Program-made: the position numbers and the translations under genes
The notes under the pieces: model-generated
Told to the model about the DNA's origin: nothing
Database searches by the model: none
Seen by the model: only the letters and a program-made list of their open reading frames with translations
Part shown: positions 25,945-34,865 of the stretch, piece after piece
Layout of the letters: every line of letters begins with the position of its first letter
How positions within the stretch are numbered: the first letter of the stretch is position 1
Source of the DNA: a virus
Virus record (IMG/VR): IMGVR_UViG_3300029850_000008
Length of the DNA stretch: 64,000 nucleotides
Strand: one strand, 5' to 3'

Positions 25945-26946
25945 TTATGCGGTCTTGAGAATTTCGGACGGATCAACCCGGAATAAGAAACCATGTAAGA
26001 ATTTGCTATAATATGCGCCCCGCTCTTTCATGGCCTTATTTTCCGCAATGTATGCGTCACGGTCTAATTTTTCAACTATCCGAACGATCCAGAGCGTGGA
26101 GCCGTCACGGGTATCTTCTCCACGGGTGATTTTGTAGGTGTAGCCGGTTTTCTGGGTGATCGCTTCCAGATCTTCTTTACTTTTGGCGCTTTCTGTTTTC
26201 ACTTCGGATTTTTTGTTCTTGATTCGTGGCGTTTTCGGTACGATGTTAACAGATATACCGTTATTCTGGCAGCAACCGAAATAATAAAAATTGACGTCAA
26301 AATAGTCTATCATTCCGTCACAGTCGCTATAATTGTAGGAATGTACAAAAGCGTCCACATCTTCTACAACGGCCTTAGTCACTTCGTTCATGACCTTGTA
26401 AAAGTCTCCATGTTCGGAAACAATCCGGTTGTATTCTGCCTTAAATTCCGTATCATTCCAGCAGCTAAGAGACCAGTAACCGTTGTGTTGTGCCTTCCGG
26501 AAGAATTCGCTTTTATCCTCATTGGTGAACTCATCAATGGTTTTATAGATCTCTATTGGGCTATCTTTCATTGTCACGTGTAACTCCTGGCACATGGAAG
26601 CGTATGAGGTTCTAACGCTGAATTTGTAAAGAGGGTATTTCTCTTTGATATATGCCCGGACTATCTGAGAAATCTCTTTCAGTGTCAAGCTACCATCATA
26701 TCGGGATCCCTCCCAGCCGAACATAGTGTAGAACTGGCGGCGGGTGCTTTCTGCGGTTTCCTCTACTTTTTCGCCTGTCTCTTTTTCCTGGTGGTCTTTC
26801 CAGATGCGAAAAAGAGCGTCATACTCCACATTAATTTCTTTCATGGTTTCCAGATCTCCGCCGTTGTCTGGATGGTTCGCTTTTAACAGGCCCCGGTACT
26901 GATTTTTCAGATCATCATAAGATTTGATGTTTTTAAAATGTTTCAT
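25945..26946 (-). CDS. J-domain (DnaJ-like) protein
   Basis: YDDLKNQYRGLLKANHPDNGGD with HPD tripeptide. Confidence 0.7.
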   Translation of the reverse strand: MKHFKNIKSYDDLKNQYRGLLKANHPDNGGDLETMKEINVEYDALFRIWKDHQEKETGEKVEETAESTRRQFYTMFGWEGSRYDGSLTLKEISQIVRAYIKEKYPLYKFSVRTSYASMCQELHVTMKDSPIEIYKTIDEFTNEDKSEFFRKAQHNGYWSLSCWNDTEFKAEYNRIVSEHGDFYKVMNEVTKAVVEDVDAFVHSYNYSDCDGMIDYFDVNFYYFGCCQNNGISVNIVPKTPRIKNKKSEVKTESAKSKEDLEAITQKTGYTYKITRGEDTRDGSTLWIVRIVEKLDRDAYIAENKAMKERGAYYSKFLHGFLFRVDPSEILKTA

Positions 26947-27001
26947 ATGTTTGTCCCCTTTCTGGTGATGTGGTTTTCTTTATTTGATGGTTTTATTATA
27001 T

Positions 27002-27141
27002 ATTGAGTAATATATAAAGTCAATATAAATTGAGCAATATTATTCGAAATAGCAATTTGCACAAATGCCCACAATCATATTGAACAATATAAACAAAAAA
27101 ATAATTCTTATATTGATAAATTGAATTGAGTATACTATAAT
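27002..27141. promoter_or_regulatory. ATTGAGyAAT operator-like repeats and promoter of 27165 gene
   Basis: Copies at 27002, 27029, 27079, 27125; TTGATA (27113-27118)-17 nt-TATAAT (27136-27141). Confidence 0.5.
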
Positions 27142-27164
27142 TAAGAAAAAAGGAGGTTGAACAA

Positions 27165-27374
27165 ATGGAATTATTAGAAGCAAAAAGAAAGTTAGAACAA
27201 CGTTATAACAAACAAAATGAATATAATAAGAAGAATTACGACAGGGTTTCGGTGATGTTTCCGGCTGGATATCGTGACAAAGTGAGAGAGATTGCAAGTG
27301 GAGAAGGGAAAAGCCTAAACGCTTATATACTTGAGGCTGTGCAAGAAAAGATGGAAAAATTGAGTAATTTATAA
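27165..27374 (+). CDS. Ribbon-helix-helix regulator
   Basis: ..YDRVSVMFPAGYRDKVREIASGEGKSLNAYILEAVQEKM resembles RHH fold pattern and the 22824 product. Confidence 0.5.
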   Translation: MELLEAKRKLEQRYNKQNEYNKKNYDRVSVMFPAGYRDKVREIASGEGKSLNAYILEAVQEKMEKLSNL

Positions 27375-27381
27375 AAAACTA

Positions 27382-27410
27382 TTGACAAAATATATTGAGT
27401 AATATATAAT
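27382..27410 (+). promoter_or_regulatory. Sigma-A type promoter TTGACA-17-TATAAT overlapping an ATTGAGTAAT repeat
   Basis: TTGACA 27382-27387, TATAAT 27405-27410. Confidence 0.6.
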
Positions 27411-27456
27411 AATATTGTCGAAAGGCAATAGGGCGAAAGCCCAGAAAGGGGGACGC

Positions 27457-27609
27457 ATGGAAGATATGCGTGAATTCGTTTCATATTGCCGGAAACTTCT
27501 TAGGGTTCTTGAGAAGATCGAAAAACTTCTTGAATCCGGGAAGATCGGCGAGGCTCTGGAGCTGGTTAGAGAGCTGAAAGAGGATACACAAAAGGACATT
27601 GAAGCCTAG
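27457..27609 (+). CDS. Small hypothetical protein
   Basis: ATG 27457 after AAAGGGGGA. Confidence 0.4.
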   Translation: MEDMREFVSYCRKLLRVLEKIEKLLESGKIGEALELVRELKEDTQKDIEA

Positions 27610-27667
27610 TGTTCCAGACCAGAGGGCGGCGAATAACCGCCCTGTAAAAAAACAGGAGGAGAAGAAA

Positions 27668-27919
27668 ATGAAGACTTGGGCACTTTATGACGGTGAGTTT
27701 ATCGAAAATGTTGGTACTGTGGACGCCGAGAGTAAGGAAGACGCATTGTTAAGCATGTGCGAGATGCTCAATAATGACAGCGAGGTTTATAATTATGTTA
27801 TTACTGGTGAAGAGATTTACCAGTATGAAGGTGAGGTTCATGATGGTGATGAGCCTGTTAGAGTATATGATGTAGAAGAAGAGGAAGTTATTGATCGGAA
27901 ATATGCGGAGGTAGAATAA
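27668..27919 (+). CDS. Acidic hypothetical protein
   Basis: CAGGAGGAG RBS before ATG 27668. Confidence 0.5.
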   Translation: MKTWALYDGEFIENVGTVDAESKEDALLSMCEMLNNDSEVYNYVITGEEIYQYEGEVHDGDEPVRVYDVEEEEVIDRKYAEVE

Positions 27920-28122
27920 TGAAAAGAAAAATTTACGGAGTATCAAGCAAATACGATTTTGGAGCATGGAGTCATAAAGTATATGTTTTCAGTGACAGAG
28001 ATTCTGCTGAAAAATGGCTAAACACGGAAGAACGTGACTTCCGTGAAAGAGAGCTTATGTCCAAAATAGCAGCAATTAAGCTTGCTGGAAGAAAAGCTAT
28101 TGAAAATGCAGAAAAAATTTAA
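27919..28122 (+). CDS. Hypothetical protein
   Basis: ORF, ATGA-type overlap. Confidence 0.5.
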   Translation: MKRKIYGVSSKYDFGAWSHKVYVFSDRDSAEKWLNTEERDFRERELMSKIAAIKLAGRKAIENAEKI

Positions 28123-28177
28123 GGCCAACATGGGTGGGCGGGCAACCGCCCAACATGAAACCAGGAGGAAGCAAAAC

Positions 28178-28300
28178 ATGAGCAAAATTGATAACATGAG
28201 AGCCGCAATGGTTCTTTTTTTGTTAGATATAATGCTATTATTTAAACCCGTGTCTGACTGGTTTGCTGGCAGCTCCATATATACAGCATCATGTATATAG
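28178..28300 (+). CDS. Small membrane peptide (40 aa)
   Basis: CAGGAGGAAG RBS before ATG 28178; hydrophobic core. Confidence 0.35.
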   Translation: MSKIDNMRAAMVLFLLDIMLLFKPVSDWFAGSSIYTASCI

Positions 28301-28399
28301 ACAAAATTATGATAAACCATGTTTTCGGGTATTACAATATGATTTTGTTTTTTATTTTGGCGCTTTATGTTATGCATGATATTTTTACCATTTAAACGA

Positions 28400-29210
28400 T
28401 TTTAAAGGCAAATTGGCACGATTTTTATTTTGTGTGCAAATGATTAAAGATAATAGCAAGGCCCGGAATCGTGATCTATGGATTCCAGAAAAGAAAGGTT
28501 ACCCGGTGTTTTGCGATCTCGCAAAATATACAAGCGTTTTAAACGTCGATTTTTGATTTTTGGTGTATACATGAGGATTTTACCGCGAGAGTTATTTTGA
28601 CAGGAATTTGACACGATTTTTATTTATCTGCTATAGGATTCCAGAAAAAGAAGTTGTTGTTATGTGCGTTTGCTTTCACCGGATCGGAACACGGCCACAA
28701 AAGAGCCGGAATGATTCCAGAAGAAAAAAACTGATCCACTTACTGCTGATCTGGAAGAAGCGGAGCAGATGCCCCGAAAATCACCCCTTCTTCTTTCCCT
28801 AACTTCTCTTCCTTTCTTCTTTTCCCCTCATACTCCCCTTATTATCTATCTATTACTTTATACCCTTATAACAACCCCATAATATATAATATATATAATA
28901 ACACTATATATATAAATAACGTATATTTTTATATATACCGTGGATATACCACAAAAAAGAAAGAAAAAAAGGACCACCTACTCGTAACTTTTTATGAGCG
29001 TAGCGAATAAAAAGGCTAACGGTTTTAGGTAAATATAAAAAATACAGTATACTCGTAAGCCAAGAAAGAGTATTATATATAATGGTTTTAGGTATATGAT
29101 TATAATTATGCTATTCGTTAGCCAAAGAGTAAATATATAAACAAATACAATAGTTTATGGAATACATATATACTATTCCATTAATAATTAGAATATTCTG
29201 AAAATTAATA
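28400..29210. repeat. Non-coding repeat-rich region (candidate pac/ori)
   Basis: TGrCACGATTTTTATTT x2; GGATTCCAGAAAAGAA-like x3 with GGAATC/GATTCC inverted halves; 60-nt polypyrimidine tract; TATATA-rich block; GGTTTTAGGTA x2. Confidence 0.5.
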
Positions 29211-29215
29211 CCATG

Positions 29216-29244
29216 TTGACAAATTAAAAAAATTAGAGTAATAT
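29216..29244 (+). promoter_or_regulatory. Sigma-A type promoter TTGACA-17-TAATAT
   Basis: TTGACA 29216-29221, TAATAT 29239-29244. Confidence 0.6.
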
Positions 29245-29280
29245 ATCCATACAACGTGTATAAAGAAATGCTTTTCACTG

Positions 29281-29361
29281 GAAGATGATAAATAAGAGAG
29301 ATAAAGGGCTTTTGTGTGCCCATGTAACACTCTTTATTTTCATCTTCTTTTTTTATTTTTT
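29281..29361 (+). terminator. Large hairpin + U-run between promoter and terS
   Basis: GAAGATGATAAATAAGAGAG...CTCTTTATTTTCATCTTC then TTTTTTTATTTTTT. Confidence 0.65.
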
Positions 29362-29405
29362 AGATTCCTGGATCGGATGATCCGGAGAGAGGAGAACCCA
29401 AAACG

Positions 29406-30083
29406 ATGATTGACAAGAGCGAGTTGAAAGAAACCACGGAAACCGGGATAGAAGTATATTTATCCGAAGTACACGCATGCCTAGCACAGTACATGGAGGA
29501 CCGGGGAATTGAGGACATGGAAAAAGAAAGCCAAAATAAATGGTCGGCTGCCATGAGATATGTTGGGCAGCACGTTTTTAAGGGGACGCAGAAGTTAAAA
29601 GAAAAGCCTACGATTGTTCGAGAAGGGTTTTCGGGCGTGACCAATGACAACGCTTACGATTTGGATAAGGTAAACGCTCTGGTTGATTATTATGTTAGCC
29701 TTTGTTATGAGTATGACAAAGAGGTTTCTATGAATGGGTTTTCTTTTATCTCTGGGATTCCACCAGAAATCTTGACAGTTTGGAGTGGGGTGTATACAGA
29801 TGGATATGGAAATATTCGGAAAACTGGAGAAGCGGGATTAAGAATTATCAGAAAACTTAAGTCAAACAATGAGGAAAGTTTGTCTGGAATGCTAATAAGT
29901 GGAGGGAAGCGGTCGCCTGTCGGAATCCTTGGAGCATTGAACCGTAAACACGGCTGGAACATGGGCCAGCCGATCGAGATTCAGAGAAACGGACTCCCGA
30001 ACAGGACAGCGGCAGATATAGCGGAAGAACATAGAATAGCATCTACAGAGGTTCCGGAGCTGCCAGATTTAGATGAGAATTAA
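29406..30083 (+). CDS. terS: Terminase small subunit
   Basis: ..EVSMNGFSFISGIPPEILTVW.. and ..GILGALNRKHGWN resemble Terminase_2-type small subunits. Confidence 0.65.
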   Translation: MIDKSELKETTETGIEVYLSEVHACLAQYMEDRGIEDMEKESQNKWSAAMRYVGQHVFKGTQKLKEKPTIVREGFSGVTNDNAYDLDKVNALVDYYVSLCYEYDKEVSMNGFSFISGIPPEILTVWSGVYTDGYGNIRKTGEAGLRIIRKLKSNNEESLSGMLISGGKRSPVGILGALNRKHGWNMGQPIEIQRNGLPNRTAADIAEEHRIASTEVPELPDLDEN

Positions 30084-30477
30084 CAGATAATTAATACACA
30101 CATAGAAACAAAACAAACAATTTAATCATTCATATACATCTTGCACAATAAATACATATCTTTCTTATGTACTATGAACAAAGAACTATTCGTGAAACAA
30201 TTCTTTATCGAATAGTTTAGAAGTAAGAGGATCACAAGGAGCCATCTGGAATCCTAAACGGTTTCAGCCATTGGAAGCACTGCGGAGTCTGGAAAACTCA
30301 CGGTTTGGCGCATGGGGGGTAGGGGTCTAAACGGCCCGCCCGATACCGCCTAGTGACCTCTCCAAATTTCCAAAAAATAAAAAAGCCCGATAGTGATTGC
30401 AATATGACAAGCCGTGAGCCTTGACGGTTTCTCTGCCATAACAATCAAGGCAAATATCAGAAAGACAGGTATAAAAA

Positions 30478-31239
30478 ATGAACGAGATGATGATTTTCAA
30501 TAATCCAGAATTTGGTAAAATACGAATGGTGCTTGTTTCTGGGAAAGAATATTTTTACGGAAGTGATGTTGCAACGGCTTTAAAGTATGAGCGACCAAGC
30601 AAAGCAGTTAGCGATCATTGCAAAGGTGTCCTAACTTTGGACAGCATAAAGAACGATGGCGGTTATCCGGAAAAGCTGATTCCAGAAGGAGATATGTACC
30701 GTTTAATAGTAAAGGCATCTACGCAGGGTACAAGTGAACAGGTGAAGAAAGCAGCGGATAGATTTGAGAGATGGATATTCGATGAGGTTCTTCCAGAAAT
30801 CCGTAAGACCGGAAAATACGAAATCAATCAGAAACAAGATTCCTACCAGATCGAAGATCCAATAGAACGTGCTAAGCGTTGGATTGAGGAGCAGGAAGAA
30901 AAGAAACTTCTGGAAGAGAAAGTGAAAGAGCAGGAGCCAAAGGCCAGATATTTTGATAATCTTGTGGATAGTAAGCTTCTGACAACGTTTAGAGATACGG
31001 CCAAGGAATTTCATATTTCTCCAAGAGAATTGACCAAGTGGTTAACGGATAATGGCTATATTTACAGAGATAGACATAAAATCATCAAGCCATATGAACA
31101 ACATAGAAAATCTGGGTTGTTCCAAATGAAAGACTTCTCAACACCATATGGATATTCAAACGTCCAGACTTACATCACGGTCAAAGGGAAAGAGACATTC
31201 CGATTGTTGATGGAAAGTCAGGGCATCATAAGACAATAA
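30478..31239 (+). CDS. Bro-N / KilAC-type antirepressor
   Basis: Bro-N-like N-terminus (MIFNNPEFGKIRMV..GSDVATAL) and KilAC-like C-terminus (FRDTAKEFHISPRELTKWL). Confidence 0.65.
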   Translation: MNEMMIFNNPEFGKIRMVLVSGKEYFYGSDVATALKYERPSKAVSDHCKGVLTLDSIKNDGGYPEKLIPEGDMYRLIVKASTQGTSEQVKKAADRFERWIFDEVLPEIRKTGKYEINQKQDSYQIEDPIERAKRWIEEQEEKKLLEEKVKEQEPKARYFDNLVDSKLLTTFRDTAKEFHISPRELTKWLTDNGYIYRDRHKIIKPYEQHRKSGLFQMKDFSTPYGYSNVQTYITVKGKETFRLLMESQGIIRQ

Positions 31240-31346
31240 AAATCATTTTCACATCAGATAATCAGTATTTCAAAATTTTCCAAAAACAAAAAAATTAATC
31301 CATAGGGAGGCACTCATGCAATATTGTATGTAGGAGTGTAATTGAT

Positions 31347-31523
31347 ATGAATAAGGTAATGTGCTTTTTAACTGGTGGGCATAAATTCAAAAGTTCTGAT
31401 ACAGAATCAAAATGTAATGACAAAGAAAAGACTTGTACCATTACGGAAACTTGCTGTAAATGTGGAAAACAGTTCTCATTTACAGGTACATACAAACAGT
31501 TTGGCATTCCAGATGTGAGGTAA
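31347..31523 (+). CDS. Small Cys-rich protein (58 aa)
   Basis: TAGGAG RBS; below ORF-track cutoff. Confidence 0.4.
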   Translation: MNKVMCFLTGGHKFKSSDTESKCNDKEKTCTITETCCKCGKQFSFTGTYKQFGIPDVR

Positions 31524-31528
31524 AAATA

Positions 31529-31843
31529 ATGAAAAAGTTATTTATTTCTCAGCCCATGAGGGGCAAGACAGACGAAGAAATTCTTGCAACAAGAGAGAAA
31601 GCTATTGCAAAAGCGAAAGAGTTAGTTGGAGAACCTGTAGAGGCGCTTGAGACGTTTTTCCAGAGTGCTCCGGCAAATGCAAAACCACTGTGGTATCTTG
31701 GCGAATCCATCAAGTATCTGGGCGATGCCGATGTTGCCTTTTTCGCCAAAGGCTGGGAAGATGCGCGCGGATGCCGCATTGAGCACGAGTGTGCGAAAGA
31801 ATATAATGTTGATCGCATCGAAGAGACAGAGGAGGAAATATGA
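31529..31843 (+). CDS. DUF4406 / nucleoside 2-deoxyribosyltransferase-like protein
   Basis: MKKLFISQPMRGKTDEEI.. pattern. Confidence 0.45.
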   Translation: MKKLFISQPMRGKTDEEILATREKAIAKAKELVGEPVEALETFFQSAPANAKPLWYLGESIKYLGDADVAFFAKGWEDARGCRIEHECAKEYNVDRIEETEEEI

Positions 31844-32175
31844 CAGGATCAGAATATCAAAAATTAGCAATGCGGACATGCAGTATTCCGTATGATAGAA
31901 AAGAGGATATGGCCAGACACGCTATTTTCGGGCTGACATCTGAAGCGGGAGAAGTGGCTGGAATCATGCAGAAACAGTACCAGGGTCATGAGATTTGTGT
32001 GGATCACATGAGAAAAGAAGTTGGTGACTGTCTTTGGATGTTAGCTGAGATTTGCCAGGCATTCGGATTTTCCATGGACGATGCTATGGAAACCAATATT
32101 GAGAAATTAAAGGCCCGGTATCCAGATGGCTTTTCAGCAGAAAAATCTTTGCACCGGAAAGCAGGTGACATTTGA
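31840..32175 (+). CDS. mazG: MazG-like nucleotide pyrophosphohydrolase
   Basis: ..YQKLAMRT..GLTSEAGEVAGI..EVGDCLWMLAEI..NIEKLKARYP. Confidence 0.75.
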   Translation: MTGSEYQKLAMRTCSIPYDRKEDMARHAIFGLTSEAGEVAGIMQKQYQGHEICVDHMRKEVGDCLWMLAEICQAFGFSMDDAMETNIEKLKARYPDGFSAEKSLHRKAGDI

Positions 32176-32423
32176 TGGAGAAGTTGCTCAAGGATTTGAA
32201 ACTGGAATCGGAGATGATTAATCATCCAAACCATTATACAAACCACCAGCATGAGTGTATTGACGAAATGATAGCAGCATTTGGGAAACGTGCTGTTATT
32301 AATTTCTGCATCTGTAACGCATGGAAATATCGTTATCGGGCTGATAGTAAAGGGCAACATGATATGGACATGGAAAAGGCTGATTGGTACATCAATAAGG
32401 CAATGGAACTTCAAGAATCTTAG
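32172..32423 (+). CDS. DUF3310-family protein
   Basis: NHPNHY...ECID...NAWKYRYRA..K....D..KA.WY pattern. Confidence 0.65.
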   Translation: MMEKLLKDLKLESEMINHPNHYTNHQHECIDEMIAAFGKRAVINFCICNAWKYRYRADSKGQHDMDMEKADWYINKAMELQES

Positions 32424-32440
32424 GCGGGGAGGTAAAAAGA

Positions 32441-32572
32441 ATGATTCCTAATCTTATTATTTTATACATGCTTTGCCAGATGCAATCACCGGAGTGGTGC
32501 AAGATAGTAATTATTGCCTGCACAGTTCTTGATGTGGCTATCAGTGTATATAAACTTTGTACATCTAAATAG
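32441..32572 (+). CDS. Small membrane peptide (43 aa)
   Basis: GGGGAGG RBS; hydrophobic. Confidence 0.3.
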   Translation: MIPNLIILYMLCQMQSPEWCKIVIIACTVLDVAISVYKLCTSK

Positions 32573-32582
32573 AGGTGAGAAC

Positions 32583-33473
32583 ATGATAAAAATTGAAAAT
32601 ATTACGCCGCCTTCTACTGATCAGTGGGGAATGGCGATTTTAGGTGCAAGAAACCCCATGAATAGTTGGAATAAAAGCGATAGCCAAGTTGTACAATGGC
32701 ACATGCTGGAAATCGGGGAGAATGATTTAGGACTTATGAAGAGACTTGTTGCAGCCGGAACAGATCATTCAAAATTTCTTAGATTCTTGCCAGTTGTTAT
32801 GGACATTACAGCACCGTTGTATTGGTGGTCTGAGTATGATACTTATAAGGTTGGAACAGTTGCTAACTCTTGTTCAAAAATGCATAAGATCCATACCAAA
32901 GAATTTTCCATGAACGATTTTTCAACAGAACATTTGATTTCTTATGAATCATCTAAACCTTATAGCGAAATAGACGGAAGCCTTGATGATGAGTATACAT
33001 ATTATTTGCCAAAGGATTTCTTGGATTGTTGGATTATTCCGATATTGAATAAATATAGAAAAAAATATCTTGAAACCAAGGACAAAACGTATTGGTGGCA
33101 GATGATTCAGCTTCTTCCGTCTAGCTACAACCAGAAGCGAACAGTTATGCTAAACTATGCGGTACTTCGGAATATGTACCACGCAAGAAAAAATCATAAG
33201 CTGGATGAATGGAGAGATTTCTGCGAGTGGATTAAAGTGCTTCCATATAGCGAATTGATCACTATGGAATCTGGCAATCAGAATAGCAAACCTATTTCTG
33301 TAGAAGATGCCATGAAAACCATTAGAAACGAATTGGTAAAGCATGGAAATTTATACGATGGATTCCAGACAAGTGTAATATCTGCAATCTTTGAGAATTC
33401 AGACATTACCGATTCAGAAAATGCAGTTTTGCTTGCTAAAACAATTCTTGACCGAGTGATAGGAGATGATTAA
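32583..33473 (+). CDS. ThyX-like (divergent flavin-dependent thymidylate synthase-like) protein
   Basis: N-terminal half loosely resembles ThyX fold proteins; canonical RHRxxS motif not seen. Confidence 0.3.
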   Translation: MIKIENITPPSTDQWGMAILGARNPMNSWNKSDSQVVQWHMLEIGENDLGLMKRLVAAGTDHSKFLRFLPVVMDITAPLYWWSEYDTYKVGTVANSCSKMHKIHTKEFSMNDFSTEHLISYESSKPYSEIDGSLDDEYTYYLPKDFLDCWIIPILNKYRKKYLETKDKTYWWQMIQLLPSSYNQKRTVMLNYAVLRNMYHARKNHKLDEWRDFCEWIKVLPYSELITMESGNQNSKPISVEDAMKTIRNELVKHGNLYDGFQTSVISAIFENSDITDSENAVLLAKTILDRVIGDD

Positions 33474-33638
33474 ATGTTTAGATTATTTGCAATGTGTGTA
33501 TCAGCATTTGATATAATGCTTGCCATAGCGATTTTCCTAACGTGGAGAAACATTGAAAAAGATAAATCAAGTAATTTAGCTGTAGCATCTCTCGAATTAT
33601 CATTTTTAGCATCTGCAATCCTCTTGATTTTTTCATAG
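33474..33638 (+). CDS. Small membrane protein (54 aa)
   Basis: TAAATG junction with previous gene; two hydrophobic segments. Confidence 0.35.
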   Translation: MFRLFAMCVSAFDIMLAIAIFLTWRNIEKDKSSNLAVASLELSFLASAILLIFS

Positions 33639-33646
33639 ATGCTTTA

Positions 33647-33718
33647 TGGGCTATCGCCAAGCGGTAAGGCACATGACTTTGACTCATGTATGCGTTGGTT
33701 CGAATCCAACTAGCCCAG
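33647..33718 (+). tRNA. tRNA-Gln (anticodon UUG)
   Basis: Manual cloverleaf: acceptor UGGGCUA/UAGCCCA (U1-A72), D GCC/GGC, anticodon stem CAUGA/UCAUG loop CUUUGAC, T GUUGG-UUCGAAU-CCAAC; no encoded CCA. Confidence 0.85.
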
Positions 33719-33980
33719 CTTGGTAAGATTTATTTACCTTACCAAAATAGCATATCATTTATGCTATTCCTCCTCATTCATATTACCACCTAGCGGAAAG
33801 CTGATAAAAGAACCGTCACAAGGTTCGGGTGGTTTTCTGGTTTGGAAGCCAGGACATGTGCAAAGTTCCGAACTGTTTACCACATCATAGGGATGTTTGC
33901 ATGGCCTTTGTTATGGCTGGTGGATAAGAACCATAACAGTGAAGGGGATTTCTTGCAGAATTCAAATCCCCTTTATCTCA

Positions 33981-34053
33981 GGAGCTTTATTTCAGTTGGT
34001 AGAAAGACCGCCTCATAAGCGGTAAGTCATCGGTTCGAGTCCGGTAGGCTCCA
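33981..34053 (+). tRNA. tRNA with CAU anticodon (Met, or Ile2 if lysidine-modified)
   Basis: Manual cloverleaf: acceptor GGAGCUU/AGGCUCC, D UUUC/GAAA, anticodon stem ACCGC/GCGGU loop CUCAUAA, T AUCGG-UUCGAGU-CCGGU. Confidence 0.8.
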
Positions 34054-34078
34054 TTATTTCAATGGAGGTGTGAAGAAT

Positions 34079-34270
34079 ATGGCAGGAAGAAAATTAAAAC
34101 GATTGGACAAAAAAAAATTTGAAGATGCTTTGAATGGGTATTTGAATGGAAAATATATCCAGTTAGAAGCAGCAAAGATTGCAGGATGCAATAGGGATAC
34201 TTTTTTGAAATATGCAAACATGATTTTACTTGGAGAACCGATTCCGAATGGGGTGTTTTGGGATGATTAA
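34079..34270 (+). CDS. Small HTH protein
   Basis: GGAGG RBS; ..IQLEAAKIAGCNRDTFLKY.. HTH-like. Confidence 0.45.
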   Translation: MAGRKLKRLDKKKFEDALNGYLNGKYIQLEAAKIAGCNRDTFLKYANMILLGEPIPNGVFWDD

Positions 34271-34430
34271 TGCTGATACAAAGATATTTCCAGATGGAGC
34301 AAAATGGGTGGTCTGCCCATATTGTCGAAAAAAGGCGGTTAAGGTATTGGAAGATACCAGAATTTATCATATGCCGTTCCGGTGCCATGGAAGTAACTGC
34401 AAAAAGGATTTTATTGTGAATGTGGGGTAA
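34263..34430 (+). CDS. Cysteine-rich KTR-like zinc-ribbon protein
   Basis: CPYC...CHGSNC pattern. Confidence 0.4.
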   Translation: MINADTKIFPDGAKWVVCPYCRKKAVKVLEDTRIYHMPFRCHGSNCKKDFIVNVG

Positions 34431-34801
34431 TGAATATGTCTTGTTATTATGAACCGGGAACAGATAGATACTACGCATGTAGCATGTGTGATAGTCGAAG
34501 GATACTTGGCTGTATATTCAATAATCCGCAAGAAAAAGAGGTGGAATCAATGGAAAATACTAAAATTTTATATGCTCATGAGGCAAATAGGATAGCCAAA
34601 GAAAAGAACAAAGACATCCAGGAAAATTTAAAAGAGATTGAAGAAAAAATTAGATGTGCTGCGGATAACGGTTATTTTTCTGTTATGTTAAACGGATCAT
34701 TAAGAAAGATAGTTAATGACGAGCTGGTGAAACTTGGATACGATGTGCAAACATATTTGAATCATAATGAAAATGTGTATGTAATCAGTTGGGACAAATA
34801 A
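34430..34801 (+). CDS. Hypothetical protein (alternative start ATG 34550 has the better RBS)
   Basis: GAGGTGGAATCA precedes ATG 34550. Confidence 0.45.
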   Translation: MNMSCYYEPGTDRYYACSMCDSRRILGCIFNNPQEKEVESMENTKILYAHEANRIAKEKNKDIQENLKEIEEKIRCAADNGYFSVMLNGSLRKIVNDELVKLGYDVQTYLNHNENVYVISWDK

Positions 34802-34865
34802 ATAGAACTAGTCAAGAGAGCCAAAGAGAGCCATGACTTCATAGAAAGGAGGTCTGGCTCTTTTT

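Noticed and set aside
28018-28802. ORFs 28018-28377 (-) and 28608-28802 (+) in the repeat region.
   Set aside because: They have no RBS and low-complexity or repeat-derived translations. They overlap better-supported small + strand genes or the repeats.
20596-30352. A large invertible segment bounded by C-tract/G-tract motifs (GATACCCCCCCTACCC at 20721 versus GGGGGGTAGGGG...GATACC at 30313).
   Set aside because: The match is ~12 nt of low-complexity sequence, which is insufficient to call recombination sites.
33779-33833. A third tRNA between the two tRNAs (ACCACCT...GGTTCGGGTGGT).
   Set aside because: Only ~35 nt lie between the putative acceptor strands, which is too short for a cloverleaf. 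It fits a hairpin plus U-run better.
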